Assembly: GCA_031399525.1 (NCBI GenBank)
Contig: JANNOZ010000016.1
Location: forward strand, 2,896 to 66,895
Direction: 5' to 3'
From: Actinomycetes bacterium
Lineage (GTDB): Bacteria > Actinomycetota > Acidimicrobiia > Acidimicrobiales > CADCSY01
DNA length: 64,000 nucleotides
In this document: in pieces, positions 1-8,390 of the stretch
Position numbering within the stretch: position 1 is the first letter of the stretch
Layout: every line of letters begins with the position of its first letter
Program-made: the position numbers and the translations under genes
The notes under the pieces: model-generated
Database searches by the model: none
Told to the model about the DNA's origin: nothing
Seen by the model: the letters and a program-made list of their open reading frames with translations, nothing else

Positions 1-461
1 TGACCCTCGGGCGCACCCGACCCCTGGTAGCCGGAGAGCAGCTGGATGACCTGCTGACGGACCCGGGAGAGATCGGCGCCCAACTTGACGAGGACCTGGG
101 CGGCAACGCCCTCGCCCTCACGGATGAGGCCGAGGAGGATGTGCTCGGTGCCGATGTAGTTGTGGCCGAGCTGGAGCGCCTCACGTAGGGAGAGCTCGAG
201 CACCTTCTTGGCCCGGGGGGTGAACGGGATGTGGCCCGACGGCGAGGTGCCGCCCTGGCCGATGATCTCCTCGACCTGGTTGCGCACCGCCTCGAGCGAG
301 ATCCCGAGCGACTCGAGCGACTTCGCCGCCACGCCTTCGCCCTCGTGGATCAGGCCCAACAAGATGTGCTCGGTCCCGATGTAGTTGTGGTTGAGCAGCC
401 GCGCCTCTTCCTGGGCAAGCACAACCACCCGTCGGGCACGATCTGTGAAGCGTTCGAACAA
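1..461 (-). CDS. clpC: ATP-dependent Clp protease ATPase subunit ClpC, N-terminal part (gene continues beyond the left edge)
   Basis: Reverse-strand translation from TTG at 461-459 reads [70 protein letters not shown], followed by a second [27 protein letters not shown] repeat. This is the duplicated Clp N-terminal (Clp_R) domain. A GAGGAGGG Shine-Dalgarno sits about 6 nt upstream. It is absent from the ORF track because no stop lies inside the window. Confidence 0.9.
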   Translation of the reverse strand, partial: MFERFTDRARRVVVLAQEEARLLNHNYIGTEHILLGLIHEGEGVAAKSLESLGISLEAVRNQVEEIIGQGGTSPSGHIPFTPRAKKVLELSLREALQLGHNYIGTEHILLGLIREGEGVAAQVLVKLGADLSRVRQQVIQLLSGYQGSGAPEG

Positions 462-573
462 GGCCGCCCTCCTCGTATGGGCCGGATCGTCGAGTGTACC
501 GACGGCACCCCAGCCCGCACGTGCGAGTCGGAGGACTTCGGTCACTGCCTGGGGGCGCCGCTAGCGTGGCCGG

Positions 574-1563
574 GTGGCATCGCCGTCGCCCCTCCTCGAG
601 CTGGCCGGGATGTCCGCAGCGCTCGAACAGGTCGAAGAGGCGCTCCGCCAGTCGGTCGTCACCGGCGACGACCAGCTCACCGAGATTGCCGGACACCTCA
701 TCGGGGCAGGGGGCAAGCGGGTGCGCCCGGCGATGACCTTGGCCTCGGGCGATGGGCTCGGGGCCTCCTCGGCCGTGCTGGCCGACCTGGTCATGGGCGG
801 AGTCTCGGTCGAGCTGGTCCACCTCGGATCGCTCTACCACGACGACGTGATGGACGAAGCGGCGACTCGGCGGGGAGTCGACTCGGTGAACGCCCGGTGG
901 GGGAACCTGCGAGCCATCCTCGCCGGCGACTTCCTGCTGGCCAAGGCCTCGGAGATCGCTGCCGGACTCGGCACGGAGGTCGCGGGCCTGCTTGCCGCCA
1001 CCATCGGCGCCCTGTGCGAAGGCCAGATGCGAGAGCTTCGGCGCCTCTTCGACTGCACCCGCACCGTCGAGCAGTACACCTCGGCGGTGGCCGGCAAGAC
1101 CGCGGCGCTGTTCGCCTCGTCGTGTCGCATCGGCGCCCTGGTTGCCGACCGCCCCCGCGACGAGGTCGACGCTCTGACCGAGTTCGGTCGGGCCTACGGC
1201 ATGGCCTTCCAGGTGGTCGACGACATCCTCGACGTCACCGCCACCGACGAGGAGTTGGGCAAGCCGGCCGGCAAGGACCTCTCCGACGGCGTGTACACGC
1301 TGCCCACCATCCTGGCCCTGGCCTCCCCCGAGGGCGACGAGTTGGCCGCCCTTCTCGGTGTTCCGCTCGACGTCGAGGGCCCCGAGATGGCCGCCGCCCG
1401 CCTCTTGGTCAAGCGGTCGGGCGCCGTCGACGTGGCCATCGCCACGGCCCGGGGATACTGCACCGAAGCACTCAGCGCCCTCGATGCGGTGGGCCCCAGC
1501 GCCGGCGCTTCGGGACTGCGCCAGGCGGCCGAGGTGCTGGTGGCCACCGTCGACCACAGCTGA
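574..1563 (+). CDS. trans-polyprenyl diphosphate synthase (geranylgeranyl/heptaprenyl type)
   Basis: 329-aa ORF with both Asp-rich motifs (LYHDDVMDE and QVVDDILD) and GKRVRP. An alternative ATG start at 610 (MSAALEQVEEAL) is possible. Confidence 0.85.
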   Translation: MASPSPLLELAGMSAALEQVEEALRQSVVTGDDQLTEIAGHLIGAGGKRVRPAMTLASGDGLGASSAVLADLVMGGVSVELVHLGSLYHDDVMDEAATRRGVDSVNARWGNLRAILAGDFLLAKASEIAAGLGTEVAGLLAATIGALCEGQMRELRRLFDCTRTVEQYTSAVAGKTAALFASSCRIGALVADRPRDEVDALTEFGRAYGMAFQVVDDILDVTATDEELGKPAGKDLSDGVYTLPTILALASPEGDELAALLGVPLDVEGPEMAAARLLVKRSGAVDVAIATARGYCTEALSALDAVGPSAGASGLRQAAEVLVATVDHS

Positions 1564-1576
1564 GGAGGCCCGACCA

Positions 1577-2203
1577 GTGGGCGCCGATTCACCCAACGGT
1601 GCCGACGGCTGGGATGTCCGCACCCTGGCTCCGACCGAGCGCTACAAGTTGCTCACGGGTCTCGTCGTGCCGCGCCCCATCGCCTGGGTGAGCACCATCA
1701 GCGCCCAGGGTGTCGTCAACGCCGCGCCGTTCTCGTTCTTCAACGCGGTGGGCGACGCCCCGCCCATGGTCATGGTCAGCATCGACGGAGCACCCGGTGG
1801 GGGGCTGAAGGACACCAGCCGCAACGCCGTCGAGTCGGGCGAGTTCGTGGTCAACCTGGTCGACGAGGGCTTGGCCGAGGCCATGAACGCCACCTCCGCA
1901 CCCTTCGGGCCCGAGGTCAGCGAGCCCGAAGTCGTTGGTTTGGCCCTGGCCCCGAGCCAGGTGGTCGAGCCACCTCGGCTGGCCGACGCACCGGCCAGCT
2001 TCGAGTGTCGGTTGCACACCGTCGTGCCGTTCGACGATCGGCGGATCCTCTTCGGCGAGGTGGTGTGGATCTGGACCCGCCCGGGCCTCATCGACCCGGC
2101 GACCAAGCGGGTCGACCTCGACGCCTACCACCCGGTAGGCCGCCTGTTCGGCAGCTACTACACGAGGATCTCGGACCGCTTCTCCATGCGCCGCCCGGAG
2201 TGA
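1577..2203 (+). CDS. flavin reductase-like FMN-binding domain protein
   Basis: GTG at 1577 is preceded by GAGGAGG (1563-1569). RPIAWVSTISAQGVVNAAPFSFFNAV and the overall length match the flavin reductase domain family. The upstream part of track ORF 1358..2203 overlaps the polyprenyl synthase gene and is not coding. Confidence 0.75.
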   Translation: MGADSPNGADGWDVRTLAPTERYKLLTGLVVPRPIAWVSTISAQGVVNAAPFSFFNAVGDAPPMVMVSIDGAPGGGLKDTSRNAVESGEFVVNLVDEGLAEAMNATSAPFGPEVSEPEVVGLALAPSQVVEPPRLADAPASFECRLHTVVPFDDRRILFGEVVWIWTRPGLIDPATKRVDLDAYHPVGRLFGSYYTRISDRFSMRRPE

Positions 2204-2214
2204 CGACCCGAGGC

Positions 2215-3618
2215 CTAGCTCGACTCAGGGCGCAGGGTCGGGAAGAGGATCACGTCTCGGATGGTGGTGGCCCCGGTGACCAGCATGATCAAGCGATCGA
2301 TGCCGATGCCCAAGCCGCCCGTCGGAGGCAGGCCGTATTCGAGGGCTCGCAGGTAGGGCTCGTCGACGGCCATAGCCTCGGGGTCGCCCTCGGCCCCCAG
2401 CGCGGCTTGGGCCTCGAAGCGGAGGCGCTGCTCGTCGGCGTCGTTGAGCTCGGAGAAGGCGTTGGCCAGCTCACGGCCGGCGACGATGGCTTCGAAGCGC
2501 TCGACGAACCCGGGCTGGTCGCGGTGGTCTCGGGCCAACGGCGAAACCTCCTTCGGGTAGTCGCACACGAAGGTCGGTTCCCACAGCTCGGCTTCGGTCG
2601 TCTTCTCGTAGAGCTCGAGGAGGAGCTTGCCCGGCCCCCACGACGCCTTGAAGGGAACCGACCGCTCGTCGCAGTGGCGGCGCAGTTCGTCGATCGGGGT
2701 GTCGAGGCCGACGTCGAGGCCGGCGTGTTCGGCCAGCAGCTCGACCAGCGTGACCCGGCGCCATGGAGGGGTGAGATCGAGGGGCCGACCGTCGTAGTCG
2801 AGCACCGGGCTGCCCGTGATCTCGGTCGCCACCGCCGCCACCAACGCCTCGGTCAGGGCCATCATGTCGCCGTAGTCGGCGTAGGCCTCGTACAGCTCGA
2901 GCATGGTGAACTCGGGATTGTGGCGGGGTGAGAGGCCCTCGTTGCGGAACACCCGGCCCAGCTCGAACACCTTGTCGAACCCGCCGACGACGAGTCGCTT
3001 GAGGAACAGCTCGGGAGCGATCCGTAGGAAGAGGTCGGCGTCGAGGGCGTTGTGGTGGGTGACGAAGGGCCGGGCTGCAGCACCACCGGGAATGGCGTGG
3101 AACAGCGGGGTCTCGACTTCGACGTAGCCCCGGTCCTCCAGCCACCGGCGCACGAAGGAGACCGCCCGGCTGCGAGCCCGCAGGGTGGCCGCTGCTTCGT
3201 CGGTGACCCACAGGTCGACCTCGCGCTGGCGATACCGGGTGTCGGGATCGGACAAGCCGTGCCACTTGTCCGGGAACGGCCGACGGGCTTCGGCCAGGAC
3301 CTCCCACTGGTCGACGGCCACCGACAGCTCGCCCCGACGAGTGGTCATCACCTGGCCGGTGACGCCCAGCCAGTCACCCAGGGAGCGCTCGGTGAGTTCG
3401 TCGAAGCGGGGCGTGTCGGCGGCTCGGGCGAAGAGCTGGATCCGACCGGTGGCGTCCTGGAGGGTGCCGAAGGCCAACTTGCCCTGGACCCGGCGCAACA
3501 TGAGCCGACCGGCCACGGTGACGGTGGCGCCCGTCTCGGTGCCCGGTTCGAGATCGGCGAACTCGTCGTGGAGCGCAGCCGCCGTACGGGTGGGCTCGAA
3601 GCGGTACGGGATGTCCAT
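2215..3618 (-). CDS. lysS: lysine--tRNA ligase (class II)
   Basis: Track ORF 2215..3753. The internal ATG at 3618 gives MDIPYRFEPTRTAAALH. OB-fold N-terminus plus class II motifs (FRNEGLSPRHNPEFTMLE, GLGIGIDRLIMLVTG). Confidence 0.92.
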   Translation of the reverse strand: MDIPYRFEPTRTAAALHDEFADLEPGTETGATVTVAGRLMLRRVQGKLAFGTLQDATGRIQLFARAADTPRFDELTERSLGDWLGVTGQVMTTRRGELSVAVDQWEVLAEARRPFPDKWHGLSDPDTRYRQREVDLWVTDEAAATLRARSRAVSFVRRWLEDRGYVEVETPLFHAIPGGAAARPFVTHHNALDADLFLRIAPELFLKRLVVGGFDKVFELGRVFRNEGLSPRHNPEFTMLELYEAYADYGDMMALTEALVAAVATEITGSPVLDYDGRPLDLTPPWRRVTLVELLAEHAGLDVGLDTPIDELRRHCDERSVPFKASWGPGKLLLELYEKTTEAELWEPTFVCDYPKEVSPLARDHRDQPGFVERFEAIVAGRELANAFSELNDADEQRLRFEAQAALGAEGDPEAMAVDEPYLRALEYGLPPTGGLGIGIDRLIMLVTGATTIRDVILFPTLRPESS

Positions 3619-3642
3619 GGCGGACTCGGAGCGTAGGGTCCG

Positions 3643-3699
3643 ACCGCTTCCGCGTCGCGAACAGCACCCCCACGGTGCTTTTCGCGACGCGGAAGCGGT
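3643..3699. other. long near-perfect inverted repeat (hairpin) between coaX stop and lysS start
   Basis: 3643-3661 (ACCGCTTCCGCGTCGCGAA) is the exact reverse complement of 3681-3699. An inner 5-bp stem pairs AGCAC (3663-3667) with GTGCT (3675-3679). No U-tract follows on the transcribed (minus) strand. Confidence 0.7.
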
Positions 3700-3701
3700 T
3701 C

Positions 3702-4475
3702 TTATCCGGTGTTGCGGTCCCAGACGACGCGGAGGCCGTCGAGGGTGAGCCACGGCTCGTGGTGATCGATGCGAGCCGAGAGCGGCGCGATGAGGGCCGA
3801 GAGGCCGCCGGTGGCCAGAACCGTCGACGGGCCGATCTCTTCCTCCATCCGGGTGGACAAGCCATCGACCTGGGCGATGAGCCCGTTGACGGCCCCGGAC
3901 TGGAGGGCTTCGACCGTGCTGCGGCCGATGAGCCGCCGGGGTGGTTCGACGATCTCGACCCGGCGCAGGCCCGCGGCTCGCTCGAACAAGGCGTCGAGGC
4001 TGATCTCGAGACCCGGCAGGATCAGTCCGCCGAGGTACTCACCGCGCGCCGACACTGCGTCGAGGGTGGTCGCCGTCCCGCAGTCGACGATGACCAGGGG
4101 CGGCTCGTAGCGGTCGAGGGCCCCGAGGGCATTGGCCACCCGATCGGCGCCGACCTCCTTGGGGTTGTCGATGAGGATCGGCAGCCCGGTGCGCACACCT
4201 GGCCCGATGACGACGGGCTCGAGGTCGAACTCGGCTACGGCCAGCTCCCGCAGCGCCGAGGTGGCCGCCGGCACCACTGACGACACCACGATCCCGGTGA
4301 CCTCGGTCGGATCGAGACTGCGGGCCTCTAGGAGCTGGCGCAGCAGGAGGCCGAGCTCGTCGCTGGTGCGATCGGGCTGAGTCGAGATCCGCCAGTGATG
4401 GACCAGCCCTGGTCGGTCGTCGTCGTAGAGGCCGAGGACTGTCTGGGTGTTGCCGATGTCGATGGCGAGCAGCAT
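3702..4475 (-). CDS. coaX: type III pantothenate kinase
   Basis: 257-aa ORF starting MLLAIDIGNTQTVLGLY, with an ASKHA-fold phosphate motif and the typical CoaX length. Confidence 0.9.
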   Translation of the reverse strand: MLLAIDIGNTQTVLGLYDDDRPGLVHHWRISTQPDRTSDELGLLLRQLLEARSLDPTEVTGIVVSSVVPAATSALRELAVAEFDLEPVVIGPGVRTGLPILIDNPKEVGADRVANALGALDRYEPPLVIVDCGTATTLDAVSARGEYLGGLILPGLEISLDALFERAAGLRRVEIVEPPRRLIGRSTVEALQSGAVNGLIAQVDGLSTRMEEEIGPSTVLATGGLSALIAPLSARIDHHEPWLTLDGLRVVWDRNTG

Positions 4476-4493
4476 GGGTTCGTCGGGCTCGGG

Positions 4494-5348
4494 TCAGCCG
4501 GCGAGCAGATCGAGGCCGATGTCGAGCACCGGCGCCGAGTGGGTCAGCGCGCCGACCGAGATCAGGTCGACCCCGCTGGCGCCGTAGGCCGCGACGGTGT
4601 CGAGGCTGACGCCTCCGGACACTTCGAGCAACGGGCGGGCGCCATCGCCCCGGAGAGCCACGCACGCCGCCACTTCGTCGGGCGTCATGTTGTCGAGCAG
4701 AACCAGGTCGGCACCGGCGGCGATGGCCTCGGCCACTTGTTCGATCCGGTCGGCCTCGACCTCGACCGTGCGGGCCGGCCAGCGGCGACGAGCTTCGGCC
4801 ACGGCATGGGCTATCCCGACCACGGCGAGGTGATTGTCCTTGAGCAGGACCATCTCCGAGAGGTTGCCCCGGTGGTTGGCTCCACCCCCGGCGCGGACCG
4901 CAGCCTTCTCGAGGGCCCGCAAACCGGGGGTGGTCTTGCGGGTGTCCCAGATCTGCACGTCCGGGCCGGCGGCGTCGACGAAGCGGCGGGTCAGGGTGGC
5001 CACCCCCGAAAGGTGACCGAGCAGGTTCAGCGCAGTGCGCTCGCCGGTGAGCAGCGACGCCAACGGACCCGACACCCGGGCGATCTCGTCGCCGGGCTCG
5101 ACCTGATCGCCGTCGGGGATGGCCCAGTCGACGCCGACCCCGGGATCGAGCTGGGCGAACGTCTCGATCACGGAAAGTCGCCCGGCCACGACTCCGGGGC
5201 GCCGGGCGACGAAAGCGGCCACGCCTGTGGTGGCGGCCGGCAACAAGGCTGCCGACAGGTCGCCCAGGGGTTCGAGATCTTCGGCCAGCGCCCTGGCCAC
5301 CACCTGACGGACCGCGGTCAACGGCGGATCGAAGGGGCCGGCGCTCAC
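4494..5348 (-). CDS. nadC: nicotinate-nucleotide diphosphorylase (quinolinate phosphoribosyltransferase)
   Basis: 284-aa ORF (…TRKTTPGLRALEKAAVRAGGGANHR…LLDNMTPDEV…). Its GTG start overlaps the nadB stop (GTGA at 5345-5348). Confidence 0.9.
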   Translation of the reverse strand: MSAGPFDPPLTAVRQVVARALAEDLEPLGDLSAALLPAATTGVAAFVARRPGVVAGRLSVIETFAQLDPGVGVDWAIPDGDQVEPGDEIARVSGPLASLLTGERTALNLLGHLSGVATLTRRFVDAAGPDVQIWDTRKTTPGLRALEKAAVRAGGGANHRGNLSEMVLLKDNHLAVVGIAHAVAEARRRWPARTVEVEADRIEQVAEAIAAGADLVLLDNMTPDEVAACVALRGDGARPLLEVSGGVSLDTVAAYGASGVDLISVGALTHSAPVLDIGLDLLAG

Positions 5349-7006
5349 CGGCCGTGCACCAGTCGAACACGGAATGCCGGATCGGTGTCGGGGAAGTCGC
5401 GGCGCCAGTGGGTGCCCCGGCTCTCGGCTCGCACCGCCGCCGACTCCACGAGGGCCCGGCCCAAGGTGACCAGGTTCCAGACCTCGGCCTCGTCAACCGA
5501 TGCGGTCGTCACAGCTTGGGAGGCTCGGTCGAGGGCGAGATCGGCCTCGGCCAGTGAGCGGGCCGAGCGAACGACCCCGGCCTGAGCCGTCATGGCCCGC
5601 TGGAGCTGCTCGCGGATCTTGGCCGAATCGATCCCCTCCCCCCGTTCTGGGGGTGTTTCCGAGCGCATAGCGCTCGAAATCACGCCGAGTTCGGAGGGGG
5701 GGAGGAGACGGCCGACGATGCCGGTCGACCGGCCGGCGCCTTCGGCCTCCGCGAGCACCGAGCGCAGGGCGCCGGTGGCCTCGGGGGCGTCCTTGCCCCG
5801 GTCGATGGCTTCGATCACCCGAGGGGCGAACACCATGCCCTCCAACAGCGAGTTGGAGGCCAAGCGGTTGGCGCCGTGGACCCCCGAGCAGGCCACTTCG
5901 CCACACGCCCACAGGCCGGGCAAGGCGCTGGCTCCGTCGAGGTCGGTGACCACCCCGCCTGAGAGATAGTGGGCCGCAGGAGCGACGGGCAGCCAGTCGA
6001 CGGTGGGATCGAGACCGACCTCGCGCACCGAGGCAGCGATGTTGGGAAAGCGGACGTCGAGGTCGGCCAACGAGGTGGCGTCGAGCCACAGATGCTCGAC
6101 GCCTTGCTCGTGCATGCGCACGGTCATGGCCCTGCTGACCTGGTCGCGGGTGGCCAGCTCGTCGACGAAGTGCTCGCCGTGCACGTCGCGCAGCACCGCT
6201 CCGTGGCCCCGTAGCGCCTCGGACAGCAGCGGCCGGGGCATCGACGGGTGATGCAGCGCGGTGGGATGGAATTGCATGAACTCGACGTCGGCCACGGCCA
6301 CACCGGCGCGCAAGGCCATGGCCTGACCGTCGCCGGTGGCCTGCACCGGGTTGGTGGTGACCGAGAACAGCTGGCCGGCCCCGCCGGTGGCCAGCAGGGT
6401 GTGCGGGGCCCGAACCTCGATGCGGCGGCCTTTGGGGTCGAGGGCGGTGACGCCCTGGCACCGGCCCCCTTCCACGATGAAATCGAGGGCGAACCACCCC
6501 TCGAGCACTGCGGTGGCGCTGGCCCGCACGGCTTCGACGAGGGCCCGCTCGATCTCGGCGCCGGTGGCCGCCCCGCCGGCGTGGACCACCCGTGCCCGGG
6601 AATGGCCCCCTTCCCGAGACAGGCGCAGGCTGCCGTCGGGGGCTCGGTCGAACACCGCACCCAGGGCGACCAGTTCGGTGACCCGGGACGGCCCTTCGTC
6701 GACCAGCACCCGTACCGCGTCGGCATCGCAGAGCCCAGCGCCGGCCGCCAGGGTGTCGGCGAGGTGCAGGTCGGTCGAGTCCGACTCGATGTCGGCCCGG
6801 CGGCTCGACGTACCCCCGCTGAGCACCGCGGCCACCCCGCCCTGGGCCCAGCGGGTGGCCGACTGGTGCAACTCGGCTTTGGTCAGCACACCGACCCGTA
6901 GCCCGTGGCGGGTGACGGCCCGGACCGCGGCTGACAACCCGGCCACGCCGCTGCCCAAGATGAGCAGGTCGAGACCGTCGACGGTCTCGGGGCCGTCCAT
7001 GGGCAT
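5345..7006 (-). CDS. nadB: L-aspartate oxidase
   Basis: 553-aa ORF with an FAD dinucleotide fold (LLILGSGVAGLSAA) and the HPTAL and GANRLASNSLLEG motifs. Its start shares 1 nt with the panD stop (TGATG). Confidence 0.92.
   Translation of the reverse strand: MPMDGPETVDGLDLLILGSGVAGLSAAVRAVTRHGLRVGVLTKAELHQSATRWAQGGVAAVLSGGTSSRRADIESDSTDLHLADTLAAGAGLCDADAVRVLVDEGPSRVTELVALGAVFDRAPDGSLRLSREGGHSRARVVHAGGAATGAEIERALVEAVRASATAVLEGWFALDFIVEGGRCQGVTALDPKGRRIEVRAPHTLLATGGAGQLFSVTTNPVQATGDGQAMALRAGVAVADVEFMQFHPTALHHPSMPRPLLSEALRGHGAVLRDVHGEHFVDELATRDQVSRAMTVRMHEQGVEHLWLDATSLADLDVRFPNIAASVREVGLDPTVDWLPVAPAAHYLSGGVVTDLDGASALPGLWACGEVACSGVHGANRLASNSLLEGMVFAPRVIEAIDRGKDAPEATGALRSVLAEAEGAGRSTGIVGRLLPPSELGVISSAMRSETPPERGEGIDSAKIREQLQRAMTAQAGVVRSARSLAEADLALDRASQAVTTASVDEAEVWNLVTLGRALVESAAVRAESRGTHWRRDFPDTDPAFRVRLVHGR
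5649..5689. repeat. palindromic repeat element, copy A (inside the nadB coding sequence)
   Basis: GGGGGTGTTTCCGAGCGCATAGCGCTCGAAATCACGCCGAG has a central perfect 7-bp inverted repeat, CGAGCGC-ata-GCGCTCG. Imperfect symmetry extends to about 5632-5704. About 32 of 41 positions are identical to 54531-54571 by manual alignment. On the minus strand it is read in-frame as LGVISSAMRSETPP of NadB. Confidence 0.6.
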
Positions 7007-7413
7007 CAGCCCGCCGGGAACTCGACGTAGCGGCGGCCGTCGGCGGCCGTGGCCGCGGCCACCCGCGCCGGATCGACCGGGTGGTTGGCCCCGTCGACGT
7101 GGACGATCGTCGGCCCGTACCGGTCGAGCTCGGCCTCGTCGTAGTCGGCATAGGTGATGACGATCACCTTGTGTCCGGGTTCGATGAGCCGGGCTGCCGC
7201 GCCGTTGAGGCAGACCTCACCGGGGCCGCCGACGATGGCGTAGGTCTCGAGGCGGACCCCGTTGTTGATGTCGAGGACCTGTACCTGCTCGAACTCGCGG
7301 ATGTCGGCCAGAGCCATGAGGGCAGGATCGAGCGAGACCGAGCCGACGTAGTCGACGTCGGCTCCGGTGACGGTCGCCCGGTGGATCTTGGACTTCATCA
7401 TTCGGCGGCGCAT
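7006..7413 (-). CDS. panD: aspartate 1-decarboxylase
   Basis: 135-aa ORF starting MRRRMMKSKIHRATVTGADVDYVGSVSLD, which contains the pyruvoyl-forming G-S site. Confidence 0.93.
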   Translation of the reverse strand: MRRRMMKSKIHRATVTGADVDYVGSVSLDPALMALADIREFEQVQVLDINNGVRLETYAIVGGPGEVCLNGAAARLIEPGHKVIVITYADYDEAELDRYGPTIVHVDGANHPVDPARVAAATAADGRRYVEFPAG

Positions 7414-7444
7414 CGGCGCTCCTCGGGGGAAGTGCGGGGCGGCA

Positions 7445-8293
7445 TCATGGTGCGACGGCCCCGACGTTGTCGATCAGACGAGCGGCGCCGAGCTGGGCCT
7501 CGACGAGGATTCGCAGCTCGCCCGCGAGCGGGTCGACCGGCTCGAGCGAGCGAGCATCGACCACATCGACGCTGCCCACTCGGGCCAGGGGCTCGACGCC
7601 GATCAGATCGGCGACCAACGCCTCGACCACCGATGCACGGCGCTCGCCGACGTCGATGGCCGCGACTCCAGCAAGAAGCGCTCGGTGCAGAACGGGCGCG
7701 GCCCGACGCTCCGCCGCGCTGAGATAGGCGTTGCGGCTGGAGAGGGCGAGGCCGTCATGGTCACGGATCGTCGGACAGCCCACGACTTCGACGGGGAAGC
7801 AAAGATCGGCGGCCAGGCGCTCGAGCAGGACGAGTTGCTGCCAGTCCTTCTCGCCGAAGTAGGCCCGGCACCGGCCGGTGATGGCGAACAGCTTGGCCAC
7901 CACGGTGGCGACACCCTCGAAGTGACCGGGCCGGCGCAGCCCTTCGAGCACGTCTCCCAGCCCGTCAACCCGCACGCGGGTCCGGGCACCTTCCGGATAC
8001 ATGGTGACCACGGTGGGCGCGAACACGATCGCCGCCCCCGCCTTCTCGGCCACGAGGAGATCGCCGTCGAGGTCGCGGGGGTAGCGGTCGAGGTCTTCGC
8101 CGGCCCCGAACTGGAGCGGGTTGACGAAGACGGTGGCGCACACCAGGTCGCATTCGTCGGCCGCTCGCTCGATGAGACTGGCGTGGCCGTCGTGGAGCGC
8201 CCCCATGGTCGGGACGAGCCCGACACGGGCCCCCGAGGCGCGACCGCGCTCGAGCACGTCGGACAGCTCGGCGATCCCCTCCAGCACGCGCAT
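7445..8293 (-). CDS. panC: pantoate--beta-alanine ligase
   Basis: Track ORF 7445..8449. The ATG at 8293 (MRVLEGIAEL) gives about 282 aa with the PTMGALHDGH motif. The longer N-terminus would overlap the divergent VOC gene. Confidence 0.88.
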   Translation of the reverse strand: MRVLEGIAELSDVLERGRASGARVGLVPTMGALHDGHASLIERAADECDLVCATVFVNPLQFGAGEDLDRYPRDLDGDLLVAEKAGAAIVFAPTVVTMYPEGARTRVRVDGLGDVLEGLRRPGHFEGVATVVAKLFAITGRCRAYFGEKDWQQLVLLERLAADLCFPVEVVGCPTIRDHDGLALSSRNAYLSAAERRAAPVLHRALLAGVAAIDVGERRASVVEALVADLIGVEPLARVGSVDVVDARSLEPVDPLAGELRILVEAQLGAARLIDNVGAVAP

Positions 8294-8390
8294 GTGGCGC
8301 TCCAAACGTTCCGGCCCCGTTTGGGTGCCGTTCGTGATGGCCAGGGTACCGACCCTCGACACGAGACGACGACTGGTGACAGGGTGGGGC

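Noticed and set aside
181-1691. Very long ORFs 181..1623 (-) and 231..1691 (+), 480-486 aa
   Set aside because: They run antisense or out-of-frame across the clpC 5' end and the polyprenyl synthase gene. Their translations are Arg/Pro/Gly-rich low-complexity strings, which is typical of non-coding frames in high-G+C DNA. The in-frame alternatives carry clear family motifs.
4039-7151. ORFs 4039..5496 (-) and 5493..7151 (-), 485 and 552 aa
   Set aside because: They are out-of-frame shadows of coaX/nadC and nadB on the same strand. They are RPGR-rich and have no motifs, whereas the nadC and nadB frames have canonical signatures.
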